A stretch of DNA of 56,825 nucleotides from Chthonomonadales bacterium (lineage in GTDB: Bacteria > Armatimonadota > Chthonomonadetes > Chthonomonadales > CAJBBX01): positions 1 to 56,825 of the forward strand of contig JBBIPC010000019.1 in the NCBI GenBank assembly GCA_037443035.1, given 5' to 3'. The notes below the pieces were generated by a model. That model did not search any database. It had not been told where the DNA came from and worked only from the letters and a program-made list of their open reading frames with translations. A program made the position numbers and the translations under genes. Positions 47,273 to 56,825 of the stretch are shown here, piece after piece (position 1 is the first letter of the stretch; the number at the start of each line of letters is the position of its first letter).

Positions 47273-48910
47273 ATGAGACCTCGTCGCCCGATCACTGTCG
47301 CCACCATTGCCATCATCGTCGGCGCCGCTTTCTGGTGGCAGCTTCGGGTGAGGAATGCGCCGATGCCTGTCTCCGTATTCGCGGCCGTCGAGGGGCCTCT
47401 GGAGTTGGAGTGGTCGGCGGTTGGGTACGTAGAGTCGCAGTCGGCGACTGTGAGTGCGTCCTCGATAGGTCGTATCGATCAGGTGCTTGTCGAGGAAGGA
47501 GACAACGTCCGAGCGGGACAGGTGCTTGCGTGCCTGACAGCTACGGCGGAGCGTTCGGCAACCGAGGCGCAGCAAGCTGCCGCCCAGGGAGCAACCATCC
47601 AGATCCGCAGTGCACTGGCCCTCGAAAGAGAGGCAGCTTCCGCACAGTCAGCGCGGGAACGCCGAGCTGCGGCTGAGTTGGCTGCCGCGCGCATGAGGGC
47701 CCAACAAGCGCGTGTGGCTCTGGCAAGGATGAGGAAGGCGTACGACGCCGCTCTCCAGGCAGCGCAGTCCGAATATGAAGTCGCCGTGATGACAGCACAG
47801 GACCTGGAGACTGGCGGCCGGCCTGAAGAGATCGAGCAGGCGAAGGCCGAGATCACGGCCGCCGAAGCCGCCCTGAGCCTTGCTGACAGCGACCTTCGAC
47901 GTGCAGAGGAGCTGTTCGCCTCCGGAGCTGTGGCGCAGCGCGATGTCGACATCGCCCGCGAAACGCGGGCCCGGGCTGCCGCTGTGCTCCGGGCCCGACG
48001 GAAAGCCCTGGAGCTCTTGCAGCAGGGTGCACGTCCGCAGCAGATTCAGGCTGCCCGGGCGCGCGTGCGCTCCGCAGAGGCTCGCGTCAAGGCCGCTGAG
48101 GCCGATCTGGATTCCCTCGCTGCCGAGGAACAGCGGGTTCGTGAGGCTGATGCCGCAGTCAGCGCTGCCACGGCCGCCTATGCTGAGGCTTTGGCCGGAC
48201 GCCAGCGACTCGCTGCGGCCCGCGCTGACGTCAACAGCGCTACGGCTCGTAGCAGGCAGGCATCGGCACTCGCACGCCAGGCGCTAACCCAGCTCGCTGA
48301 ACGTTTGGTCCGCGCCCCCTTCGATGGCACGGTGGGCAGGCGCTACGTGGATCCCGGCGACATGGCCACTCCACAGACCCCACTCTTCTCCATCGTCGAC
48401 AGCCAGAAGACGTGGATCGTGGCGGAGGTGGACGAGCAAGACCTTGCACCAGTAGCCGTTGACCAACGGGTGACCATCACGGCACCAGCCTACGCCGGAA
48501 GAGAGTTCCAAGGCCGAGTGACGCAGATCGGTGGCGAGGCCGTGCCGCAGACCGAGGTGCGCACCGGCGCTCGGATCGTGCGCGTCCGCATACACCTCGT
48601 GCCGCGCACCAGCGTGGAAAAGAGAATGCTCAAGCCTGGGATGGAGGTGCATGTGCGGGGGCGCGCAACGATCCATCCCCGGGCGATCTTGATTCCCAGT
48701 GACGCCATCGTGAGCAGCGGGTCGCGCCAGGCAGTGTGGGTGGTCCATCGTAACCATGTCGAGAAACGTACCATCGTCACAGGATTCGCTGCCCCCGAGC
48801 GTACCGAAGTGCTGTCGGGTGTCAACCCCGGCGAGCTTGTCGTCGTCTCCGGCAAGGAAGGGCTCAGCCAACACCGCGCCGTCCGCATCTTGACAGGAAG
48901 GGACGAATGA
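47273..48910 (+). CDS. HlyD/MacA-family periplasmic adaptor
   Basis: TM anchor, GRI..V.VEEGD.V..GQVL, long coiled coil, RAPFDGTV, LKPGM. Confidence 0.92.
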   Translation: MRPRRPITVATIAIIVGAAFWWQLRVRNAPMPVSVFAAVEGPLELEWSAVGYVESQSATVSASSIGRIDQVLVEEGDNVRAGQVLACLTATAERSATEAQQAAAQGATIQIRSALALEREAASAQSARERRAAAELAAARMRAQQARVALARMRKAYDAALQAAQSEYEVAVMTAQDLETGGRPEEIEQAKAEITAAEAALSLADSDLRRAEELFASGAVAQRDVDIARETRARAAAVLRARRKALELLQQGARPQQIQAARARVRSAEARVKAAEADLDSLAAEEQRVREADAAVSAATAAYAEALAGRQRLAAARADVNSATARSRQASALARQALTQLAERLVRAPFDGTVGRRYVDPGDMATPQTPLFSIVDSQKTWIVAEVDEQDLAPVAVDQRVTITAPAYAGREFQGRVTQIGGEAVPQTEVRTGARIVRVRIHLVPRTSVEKRMLKPGMEVHVRGRATIHPRAILIPSDAIVSSGSRQAVWVVHRNHVEKRTIVTGFAAPERTEVLSGVNPGELVVVSGKEGLSQHRAVRILTGRDE

Positions 48911-49701
48911 GTTACGGCAGCCATCCTCCGAACTCGCACCGGCCGGCAGGATGCAACGATCTGCCGCGCGTGGGCGATGAACCCCAGGAGACGGACAAGG
49001 GTTACATCGTCCAACTGCGTCATGTGGAGAAGGTGTACGGTTCAGGGGATGTTGCCGTCCATGCGCTCCAGGATGTGAGCCTGGAGATACCTGCGGGCGA
49101 GTTCGTCGTATTCGTTGGTCCGAGCGGCTCCGGCAAGACGACGCTGCTCAATATTATCGGCGGACTGGACTCGCCGACGTCCGGTGACGTGGTCGTGGCA
49201 GGTCAGTCCCTGGTTGGCATGGGAGATAGAGAGCTTACGCGGTTTCGACGCGATACGGTGGGCTTCGTCTTCCAGTTCTTCAACCTGGTGCCAACGCTGA
49301 CGGCACATGAAAATGTCGAGCTTGTCGCGGAGCTCGTACGGGATCCCCTCCCGCCCGGCGAGGTTCTACGCTCGGTCGGGCTACAAGACCACGCCGACCG
49401 GTTTCCTGCGAACCTCAGCGGTGGCGAACAGCAGCGCGTCGCTCTTGCGCGAGCTCTTGTCAAGAAGCCCGCCCTCATCCTTGCCGATGAGCCCACAGGC
49501 AGTCTGGACTACGAGACAGGCATTCGCGTTCTGGCCGCCATGCGCGACGTTACTCGGCGCTTCGCTCGAAGCGTTCTCCTTGTCACGCACAACAGCGAAA
49601 TCACCCGCCTGGCGGACCGCGTCGTGCGGCTGCGAAGCGGACGGGTCGCAGAAGTTCAGGTGAACCGTTCTCCGGCCGATCCTACAGAGCTGCGATGGTA
49701 A
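48907..49701 (+). CDS. ABC transporter ATP-binding protein (LolD/MacB type)
   Basis: [36 protein letters not shown]. Confidence 0.95.
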   Translation: MSYGSHPPNSHRPAGCNDLPRVGDEPQETDKGYIVQLRHVEKVYGSGDVAVHALQDVSLEIPAGEFVVFVGPSGSGKTTLLNIIGGLDSPTSGDVVVAGQSLVGMGDRELTRFRRDTVGFVFQFFNLVPTLTAHENVELVAELVRDPLPPGEVLRSVGLQDHADRFPANLSGGEQQRVALARALVKKPALILADEPTGSLDYETGIRVLAAMRDVTRRFARSVLLVTHNSEITRLADRVVRLRSGRVAEVQVNRSPADPTELRW

Positions 49702-49720
49702 TGCTTGTGCCACTCGCGAC

Positions 49721-52090
49721 ATGACGAAGCTCAATCTCAAACTCCTGCGTGATGCACTGGCTGCAAAGTGGCAGTTCGTGGCGATCTCCTTCGTTACGGC
49801 TCTGGGTGTGGCAACCTATCATGGCTCTATGACCTCGTACGAGCGCCAGAAGGCCTCCTATCAGCTTAGCTACGACCGGCTGCTGTTCGGTGATGTCTGG
49901 ATAGGTGTGCGCCGAGCACCGCGGGCCGTCGTGCCTACGATTGCTCGTATGCCCGGGGTGGTGGCCGTAGAAGGAAGGGTAAGCGAGTACGTAGAGCTCG
50001 AGCAGGAGCCGCCACGACGCCCGCGAGCCATCGGCCGCGCGTTTTCTGTGCCTACTGGACGACCGCTGCGCGTCAACCAGCTCCTGCTCGTAGCCGGGAG
50101 GCCAATAGGCCAGACGAGCCGCCGGGAGGTATGGCTCGACTGGTCCTTCGCGCGAGCCAACCGCTATCAGCCGGGAGACCGTATCTTTCTTCGGTTCAGC
50201 GGCCGTCGCGTCGCCTTTCGCGTTGGCGGCATCGTATGCAGTCCTGAGTTCATCTACCCTGTTATGGGTGGCACGCTGGTGTTGCCACTCCCCGAAGTTC
50301 TCGGCGCCATGTATGTCGCCGAGGATGTTATTGCACCGCTGCTGGGAACGACCGGACAGATTACCGAAGTCGTGTTGCGGACGGAGCCGAACAAGAGCGA
50401 GGAGGTCGCACGAGCTGTCCACAGCCGACTCAAGGCCTACGGCCCGCAGACCCCCATCTTGAGACCGGAGCAGCCCAGCAACAAGCTACTCCAATCCGAT
50501 CTCGAAGGGAACAAGCCCTTTCTCATCGTCATGCCGTCCCTCTTCCTTGCTTCAGCCGCCGTCGCCACGGGCATCATGCTGGCAAGGTGGGTTCAGGTCC
50601 AGCGGAGCCTCATCGGGTTTCTACGCGCGTCTGGGTTCAGCGCTCGCACGGTCCTCTTTCATTATCTTGGGGCTGGCCTAACCCTCGGCGTGTGCGGCGG
50701 CTCTCTCGGTGTAGTCTTGGGGCGTCTCTTGGGCATGTGGATGGCCGCCGCATACGAAAGGGTCATTCGAACGCCACTGACCGCCACGGACGACCGACCA
50801 GACATCGCCCTGACGGCTTTCGCGCTGGCGGTGGCGTCATGTCTAGCTGGAGCCTGGCTGCCGGCTCGGGCAGCAGCGCGCATTGCACCCGCAGAAGCCA
50901 TGCGTGGTGCTGTTCCCAGCCAGCCCGGTGCGATAGCTCGCCTACGCCTCCCGCTTTTTCTTGCTATCGCCACTCGGAATTTTGTGCGCCGACCGCTCCG
51001 AACTCTTGGCACCGCTTCAGGTGTGGCATCGGCTGTCTGTCTCATGATCATCGCTGGTTCGTTTCGCGATAGCATGAAGGCAGCCATCGCCGAATCGACG
51101 GCGGACTTCCAGCGGTATGACATCACAGCCGTGTTCGTGCCAGAGCGAAGCGCGTCCATCGTGAGGGCCATTCGCTCGTGGCCCGGCGTACGAGCAGCGG
51201 AAGAAACGCTGGACGTGCCAGTCCGAGCTAGTCGAGGCGATGCACAGAAAGAGACCGTGGTCATGGGATACGTGCGCGACTCGCGTCTACGTCTCTTGCA
51301 CGATGTGTCCGGACGACCGGTCAAGCTGGAAGAAGGCGTGGCCTACTACAGCGATCTGATGGCCAGCAGGCTTCGCTCCGAACCAGGCGACACCATTCGT
51401 CTGGACTACATCCAGAACGTTCACGGACGGAGCGCGACTGCACACCTGCGCACCGGTCCTCGCCTGCGTCTCCCGGTTCCCCTCCCCATCTATGTCGAGA
51501 TGGAAACTCTTCGCCGGTTGTTCGCGAGACGTCTCTGGATGCCTCCAGACGCAGTAGGTGGCGCAGTCGTTGCAGTACAGCCCGGATACGAGAACCAGAT
51601 CATGGATCGCTTGCACCGTACTGACGGTGTGGGGCTGGTGCTCGGTCGAAAGGACGTGACGCGGCAGATTGACGAAGTGACTGCTTTCGCCAACACGTTC
51701 ATCGCCATCATGTACCTTCTTGGTGCTGCCATGGCGTTCGCCGTTGTCTATACTGTCACCGACGTCGTGTTGTGGGAGCGTACACGGGAACTCGCGACCA
51801 TGCGCACACTCGGTTTCGGCATGCCGAGTATTCTGCGACTGGTGACCCTGGAGAATCTGCTGCTTGGCGCGACGGGTTCTGTCCTCGCTCTCTATCCCGC
51901 GCACCGGCTGGCCCAGTATCTCATGCAGGCTGCGAATACAGAAGGCTTCGTCATGACGCTGGCAGTAACGCCGCAGACCTATGCCATGGCCGTCGGAGGC
52001 GCGCTGGTCGCGGTCCTCGTTGCCCAGTGGCCGGGTCTTCGCCGCGTGCGCCATATGGACCTTGCGGATGCCATTCGGTTGAGGGAGTGA
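49721..52090 (+). CDS. ABC transporter permease with duplicated FtsX/MacB domains
   Basis: QRSLIGFLRASGF and ERTRELATMRTLGF; multiple TM helices. Confidence 0.92.
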   Translation: MTKLNLKLLRDALAAKWQFVAISFVTALGVATYHGSMTSYERQKASYQLSYDRLLFGDVWIGVRRAPRAVVPTIARMPGVVAVEGRVSEYVELEQEPPRRPRAIGRAFSVPTGRPLRVNQLLLVAGRPIGQTSRREVWLDWSFARANRYQPGDRIFLRFSGRRVAFRVGGIVCSPEFIYPVMGGTLVLPLPEVLGAMYVAEDVIAPLLGTTGQITEVVLRTEPNKSEEVARAVHSRLKAYGPQTPILRPEQPSNKLLQSDLEGNKPFLIVMPSLFLASAAVATGIMLARWVQVQRSLIGFLRASGFSARTVLFHYLGAGLTLGVCGGSLGVVLGRLLGMWMAAAYERVIRTPLTATDDRPDIALTAFALAVASCLAGAWLPARAAARIAPAEAMRGAVPSQPGAIARLRLPLFLAIATRNFVRRPLRTLGTASGVASAVCLMIIAGSFRDSMKAAIAESTADFQRYDITAVFVPERSASIVRAIRSWPGVRAAEETLDVPVRASRGDAQKETVVMGYVRDSRLRLLHDVSGRPVKLEEGVAYYSDLMASRLRSEPGDTIRLDYIQNVHGRSATAHLRTGPRLRLPVPLPIYVEMETLRRLFARRLWMPPDAVGGAVVAVQPGYENQIMDRLHRTDGVGLVLGRKDVTRQIDEVTAFANTFIAIMYLLGAAMAFAVVYTVTDVVLWERTRELATMRTLGFGMPSILRLVTLENLLLGATGSVLALYPAHRLAQYLMQAANTEGFVMTLAVTPQTYAMAVGGALVAVLVAQWPGLRRVRHMDLADAIRLRE

Positions 52091-52303
52091 GAGTCAGTCG
52101 GGACGCGGCCGGTGCGCAATCGTTCTTACGTGGGCTGCCGGTCGGCAGCTCTCCACTCCAACCGATCCGTGAACCCGACCATTTCGGTCGTGTCGGATTG
52201 ACGCCTCTCCGAGATCGCGACGCTCACGAAGCTCCGCTAGTCTCGATATCTTTCGCGTGATGCACAGATCACAAGACGATCCGAATGGGTATCGGCCTGT
52301 GAT

Positions 52304-54541
52304 CTAGGTCTCGCTCTGGGCCGACGAGACTGCCGCCGCCTTCACGCGCTCCTCCAGCTCTTCCAAATCGGAGTCGACGTGCCAGCATCCTGCCCTCTTG
52401 GCCGCCATCAGAGCCGCACGGGCCCCCTTGAAGTCCCCGAGCTCCATCAGCGCTTGTCCCACCGTTCTCTTGTAGAAGGGATCCACACTCTTGAGGGACT
52501 CGCCGAGTTCCAGCATCTCCCGGAAACGTACAAGAGCCTCATCCTCCCGTCCCAATGCACGGAGCGCTCGCCCGAGAAAGCCGATGATCCCAGGTCTCGC
52601 AGGTGCCATGGGATAGGCGATCAGCTCGTGGGCTCGTTCGAACGCCCTGATCGCCTCCTCCGCCCGCCCCACGTCCAAAAGCATCGCGCCATAGTTAGCC
52701 CAGGCATGACACGCCATCGGATGCCTTTCGACACAGAGGCGGCTCAGTGCGACGCATTTCTCTGGATCTTCGCCGAGTCGTAGGAGGTTCGCCGCGGCGA
52801 CGTGCGGACCATCCCAGTACGTGCTGAAACGTTCCAGGATCTCCTCTGCCCACCGACGCGCTTCGTCCCGATAACCTGCCCGCAAGAGGATGTGCGTGCC
52901 GCGCCAATGGATATCGAACATGAACGGATTCAGGGCATGTGCCTTTCGGTACGCTTCAGCTGCCTCCGTCCATTTCTGGAGGCGACCGTACGCCGTACCG
53001 AGGAACATCCACCCCCGCGCGCTGTCTGGGTGACCGCTGAGGAAATGCTGCCAAATGGCCACAGAGTGCTCCAGATCCCCACGCACGTCGTAATACCGGC
53101 TAACGGCATCCCAGACGTCGGCGCTATCCGGGTCACGCTCGATCGCCCTCTTCAGTATGCCAAGTGTCCGCCGGCCTTCCTTACCTCGCACCAGCCCCAT
53201 CATCGCCCGTCGGTCCGCTAACAGCTTGGCGGCATAGGTGTAGTTCGGGTCCAACTGGAGGGCCCGCTCCAAGCGGGACAGAACGATGTCGTACCGCCCG
53301 AGCGCCGTCAGAGCATTGTGACTACGCGCAAGGGCGTACACGTCGTCGGGATCCACCGCCAGTGCCATGTCATAAGCCTCAGCCGCTTCATATGGACGAC
53401 CCTCCGTGTCGTACGTCGCCGCCAGCTCGTGGTAGTGCTCCAGGCTCTGAGGCTCCAGTTCAATGGCTTTGCGAAACTCGTTCGCGGCTGCGGAGAAGTC
53501 GCGACGTGCGCGATGCAGCAGGCCTACCACGTGGTGGCGCTTCGCAGCAGTCTGCACGTAGGGCAGGACCGCCTCGTATACCACTGCGGCCTCAGCGGCC
53601 CGCTGACCCAAGCACAGGATCTGCCCCAATGCAATGGCTGCTTGGAGACAGCCGGGCTTGCGCTCGAGTACTGCACGGAACTGGACTTCCGCTTCGGCTA
53701 CCTGGCCGTCGGCGAACAGCAGGTTGGCGAGCTCCAGGCGCTTTCTCCATCCCGAAGGGTGCCGATCCACATAGGACTTCAGCGTTAGTATGCGCTGCCC
53801 GCGCCGCCTGAGGCTGTCGCCGAAGACCGCATGATACTCGAAGACACCTCCCGATGGCAGCGGTATGCGCACGACCCGCGTGTCAGCAATCCGCGCGCTG
53901 ATGTCCTCGAGCAGTTCGTCGAGACTACGCTGGCGTCGAGGTCTTGGCGGTCGCGAGCCCGGCTGCTCTGGTTCCGGGGACGATCCACCGTCGTCCGTAT
54001 CTTCTGTGTGGTGCTCGCTACCGCCCCCAACGTCCGAGGCCTTACCTGCTAGGACGTACCGCAACCTCTGGAGAGCGGCTTGCCGGCAACGGCGCACGGT
54101 CTGGTAGGAAACACCAAGCCGTTGGGCAATGGACGCCTGGGACTCACGGTGAAGAACGTTGCTGACCAACGCCTCTCTTTCCATTGGCGGCAGTTGGTCG
54201 GTTGCAGCGACGATGCTCTGATACGCTAGACGACGATCGATGGCGTCCACGACGGGCTCGGGGTCCACCACACCGTCCAGAGTGTGCCATGGAACAGCCC
54301 GAGCGTACCGGGTCTCCCGTCTGCGCAGGTCGTGGCAGACGTTCCAAGCCACTCGTGCCAGATACGCTTCTGGGTCCCTGGCGCGCCTCACACGGTCCCA
54401 ACAATCCCACGCCCGAAGGTAGACCGTCCCCAGCGCATCCTCGGCCATCTCCGGAAAACCACCAAAGAAGTGGTGGCAGATCTGCCGTACACGAGGCTCG
54501 AGACGCGGCCACACCCCGTTGAGTCCAGACTCGTCTCCCAT
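52304..54541 (-). CDS. ECF sigma factor fused to a long C-terminal TPR array
   Basis: AEDA..VYLRAW, YLARVAWNVC.D..RR, LPP.ERE, IAQRLGVS..TVRR; Pro/acidic linker; roughly ten or more TPR-like repeats; GGAGG RBS before ATG 54541. Confidence 0.85.
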   Translation of the reverse strand: MGDESGLNGVWPRLEPRVRQICHHFFGGFPEMAEDALGTVYLRAWDCWDRVRRARDPEAYLARVAWNVCHDLRRRETRYARAVPWHTLDGVVDPEPVVDAIDRRLAYQSIVAATDQLPPMEREALVSNVLHRESQASIAQRLGVSYQTVRRCRQAALQRLRYVLAGKASDVGGGSEHHTEDTDDGGSSPEPEQPGSRPPRPRRQRSLDELLEDISARIADTRVVRIPLPSGGVFEYHAVFGDSLRRRGQRILTLKSYVDRHPSGWRKRLELANLLFADGQVAEAEVQFRAVLERKPGCLQAAIALGQILCLGQRAAEAAVVYEAVLPYVQTAAKRHHVVGLLHRARRDFSAAANEFRKAIELEPQSLEHYHELAATYDTEGRPYEAAEAYDMALAVDPDDVYALARSHNALTALGRYDIVLSRLERALQLDPNYTYAAKLLADRRAMMGLVRGKEGRRTLGILKRAIERDPDSADVWDAVSRYYDVRGDLEHSVAIWQHFLSGHPDSARGWMFLGTAYGRLQKWTEAAEAYRKAHALNPFMFDIHWRGTHILLRAGYRDEARRWAEEILERFSTYWDGPHVAAANLLRLGEDPEKCVALSRLCVERHPMACHAWANYGAMLLDVGRAEEAIRAFERAHELIAYPMAPARPGIIGFLGRALRALGREDEALVRFREMLELGESLKSVDPFYKRTVGQALMELGDFKGARAALMAAKRAGCWHVDSDLEELEERVKAAAVSSAQSET

Positions 54542-54708
54542 TGTGATCCCCCTCCACACCTGCTAACTGGAGCAGCATGACTGCCGAAGCAACTAAGTAT
54601 TCCGCGATGGTGCGCGTGATTCCTTCTTGGCGATATCGCTGCGTCTCGCAGTCGAGCCCATACCCCGGCGTTTCTCATGCGCTAGCCATGGAGCGGGCTG
54701 CACCAACG

Positions 54709-56280
54709 CTATCTTTCCCTGAGCAACACCGGCGTGCTGGTGAGGGTGATGGGAATGTGAGCGTTGGCGACGCTCTGCGTTTCCCAACTCGCATCTCGCC
54801 GACCGATACGTGTGATGATGGAAGCGCGCAACACCTGATGTGCCGCGGTGGGAATGCTGACTCGCTTCATGGGTGGCGGATCGTCGGGCAGGTGTCCCTT
54901 GCCATCGTCGTACCAAGCCACGATCGTCGAACGTGCAGCGCTGGCGTCGGTTGGGGCGGTGAACCGATAGGCGTAGATTCCAGGCCCCAAGGACAGCCGC
55001 TCGTACCCCCTGTAGGTGCCCAGCGTATTCACTAGCAGCTTGATGGTCCAGAAGGCAGGACGAGGCTCGAGCGGCCTGCGGTCTTCGTCCAAACGGTGTA
55101 TGGGAGCTCGATCTATCAGTCCGCAGAACGCGGTGGTGCCTGTGAAGCTGGGCGCCAGAGCGAATATCTCCCAGTCTTCTAGGTTGCCCATATTGATGCC
55201 CGCAAGTCCTTCGCCCATGGCGCAGACGATCTTCTTCGCTGTGAAGGAAGCCTGCTCGGCGCGGAACCAGCGCAGCGCCAGGTCGTGGCGCGCATCTTGT
55301 TTGTTCTTGAGAGCCGCTAGCCACCGCCTTATCCTTGGCAACTGATCTTGTGTGTAGGGATAGTTGGGCATGTTATGGTAGATCATGGGGTTGAGGCTCA
55401 GGTTCACATCGCCAACCCAGATGGGTTTCTCTATACCGAGCTCCCGCATGACCGATCGCAAGTGCCGTGCCATAGTGGGTATTTCCGTATAGTCGCTGAG
55501 CGAATGAAACTCCACGACGTCGTACAGCTCGGGGTACCGTAGCGTCTGGGGCATCAGCTCGAGCACAGCCCTCCGCGATTTGCCGAATAGCGCGTGGGAC
55601 AACCGTTGCTGCAGCTCGGCAGCGTCGGGCTCCCCTTCGAAAATGCCCCAGATGATGTACCCCTGCAGGATAATCCGTGCCCGAGGGTCGGCCTCCCGCG
55701 CTGCTTGCCGCGCCACTCGCAGGAGGTGATGGTACTCCTCGATCGTGCCTTTCCAGAACGTGCCCCACTCCGCCTCGATTTCCCAGTAGCGAATGGGATA
55801 GCGCAGCCCCGGCATGTCGTCCTTGCCGTCACAGTCGTAGCGTTCCACCATCGCCCGGACGTAGGCAGCGTAGTCATCCATATACTCCGCCTTTGGGGGA
55901 TACGAAGGGTGGCCAGTCGCCGGAAGCGGCTTTGACGAGGCCCACCTGTTCCGGCACTGCAGATAGATATGGAAGTTTCGGAAACCGGCTTCTTGCCACT
56001 CGCGGATAAGGCGGTCCGACCAGTCCCAGCGGTACGCGTGCTGCCCGTTCACAGGTGGCTTGGGTTCGATGACGTCCCAGTCGAAACCCGCCGGCTGTGT
56101 CTTCCCCCACGTCACGCCGGTCGCGGCGTAAGTTCTGGCGAGGCCTGGGACGAGGTACTCAACTCCGAATGCGAACGGTTCCTGGCGGATGCCGCTCTGG
56201 GCATGCGAGGGTATTGGACGGTCGGATGGCAGCAGCGTGCTGGCCGCCATCAGTGATGCCAGAAGGAGAATCCCACGCAT
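54709..56280 (-). CDS. Secreted clan GH-A-like (GH39-like) protein
   Basis: AGGAGG RBS, signal peptide, W..IEP..Y.W...D, VERYD.DG..DMPGL..PIRYWEIEAE, FHS, KPIWVGD. Confidence 0.75.
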   Translation of the reverse strand: MRGILLLASLMAASTLLPSDRPIPSHAQSGIRQEPFAFGVEYLVPGLARTYAATGVTWGKTQPAGFDWDVIEPKPPVNGQHAYRWDWSDRLIREWQEAGFRNFHIYLQCRNRWASSKPLPATGHPSYPPKAEYMDDYAAYVRAMVERYDCDGKDDMPGLRYPIRYWEIEAEWGTFWKGTIEEYHHLLRVARQAAREADPRARIILQGYIIWGIFEGEPDAAELQQRLSHALFGKSRRAVLELMPQTLRYPELYDVVEFHSLSDYTEIPTMARHLRSVMRELGIEKPIWVGDVNLSLNPMIYHNMPNYPYTQDQLPRIRRWLAALKNKQDARHDLALRWFRAEQASFTAKKIVCAMGEGLAGINMGNLEDWEIFALAPSFTGTTAFCGLIDRAPIHRLDEDRRPLEPRPAFWTIKLLVNTLGTYRGYERLSLGPGIYAYRFTAPTDASAARSTIVAWYDDGKGHLPDDPPPMKRVSIPTAAHQVLRASIITRIGRRDASWETQSVANAHIPITLTSTPVLLRER

Positions 56281-56371
56281 AGTCGCCTCCTGTGCTGTGA
56301 TACGGGTAGGACGAGGCGGCGTAACTCGGGGTTTCGGGCGTACTTGCTCAGGCCACCACCAATCCCTGCCG

Positions 56372-56659
56372 TCATTCTCGGTAGCGCCACACGAACCTCC
56401 CCAACGGCGCCGCATCCCCGCTCAGGTAGAAGTCCATGATGTCGCCGGGCTTCTGCACGTTATCGGCCCATTTAAAGGAGATGTCAACCCGGTCGGTGGG
56501 CTTGAGGCCGAGGAGCTTGCGCGGGATGGCGACCTCGAGCCGGTTGCCTTGGACGGCATAGCGAACTTTGCCGACGGGCTTCCAATTCCAGCCGCCGGTG
56601 CAGACCTCGAGGACGCCGGGGGCGGTCCGATTCAGGATGAAATGGAAGCCTTCCCAGCT
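56372..56659 (-). pseudogene. C-terminal fragment of a larger gene (beta-sandwich-like tail)
   Basis: WEGFHFILNR..GNRLEVAIPRKLLGL..FKWADN..DFYLSGDAAP.GRF reads as real protein, but runs upstream into a heptamer tract with no RBS. Confidence 0.6.
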
Positions 56660-56766
56660 AGGCAAGGGGCGAGAGGAAAGAGGCAAGGGGGTCGAGGGCT
56701 GAGAGCTAAGAGCTGATGTCTGTGAGCTGAGAGCTGAGGGCTGAGGGCTGAGAGCGGAGAGCGGAG
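56660..56766. repeat. Degenerate heptamer tandem repeat (15 units)
   Basis: AGGCAAG GGGCGAG AGGAAAG AGGCAAG (GG) GGTCGAG GGCTGAG AGCTAAG AGCTGAT GTCTGTG AGCTGAG x2 GGCTGAG x2 AGCGGAG x2. Confidence 0.85.
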
Positions 56767-56774
56767 AGATCGCA

Positions 56775-56823
56775 CCCGACGATGAATCGTCGGGCTGGGA
56801 GACGAATCCTGCCTTCGCAGGAT
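56775..56823. repeat. REP-like double hairpin
   Basis: CCCGACGA-TGAA-TCGTCGGG (56775-56794) and ATCCTGC-CTTC-GCAGGAT (56806-56823). Confidence 0.65.
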
Positions 56824-56825
56824 CA

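Noticed and set aside
46463..47575. 370-aa minus-strand ORF and similar long antisense ORFs
   Set aside because: Antisense shadows of well-supported genes, with no motifs.
52091..52303. Several short hairpins between convergent genes, possible ncRNA
   Set aside because: Short GC-rich stems with no recognisable family or promoter; consistent with terminators or chance.
56660..56825. CRISPR array
   Set aside because: 7-nt tandem units without unique spacers; no cas genes.

Overview
A GC-rich bacterial chromosomal segment with about 36 intact CDSs and at least 4 gene remnants. I saw no rRNA, tRNA, CRISPR array, transposase or prophage. The gene repertoire suggests an Armatimonadota-like or other polysaccharide-degrading diderm, but this is an unverified inference. 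Core genes are dnaE, folE, folK, deoC, mntP, a PepF-type peptidase and a glycerate kinase. These are mixed with secreted carbohydrate-active proteins (two GH5-like, GH2, GH106-like and two unassigned), peptidases (two S41, M3B, S10), two ECF sigma factors, a cobalamin-dependent radical SAM enzyme and a MacAB-like exporter. The most notable observations are: (1) a translationally coupled pair of CtpA/S41 proteases in which the upstream copy has lost both catalytic residues (Ser->Asn, Lys->Asp); (2) tandem NrdR-box-like operators over the dnaE transcription start; (3) a galactokinase-family enzyme with a Glu->Arg sugar-site change, whose promoter spacer is a perfect palindrome; (4) a stand-alone histidine/serine decarboxylase-like gene coupled to an ACT protein; (5) a decayed island of phytase, DUF1559-like and phosphate-porin fragments; (6) REP-like hairpins at both ends and a heptamer tract next to a truncated gene. 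All family calls come from motif recognition by eye; no database search was run.
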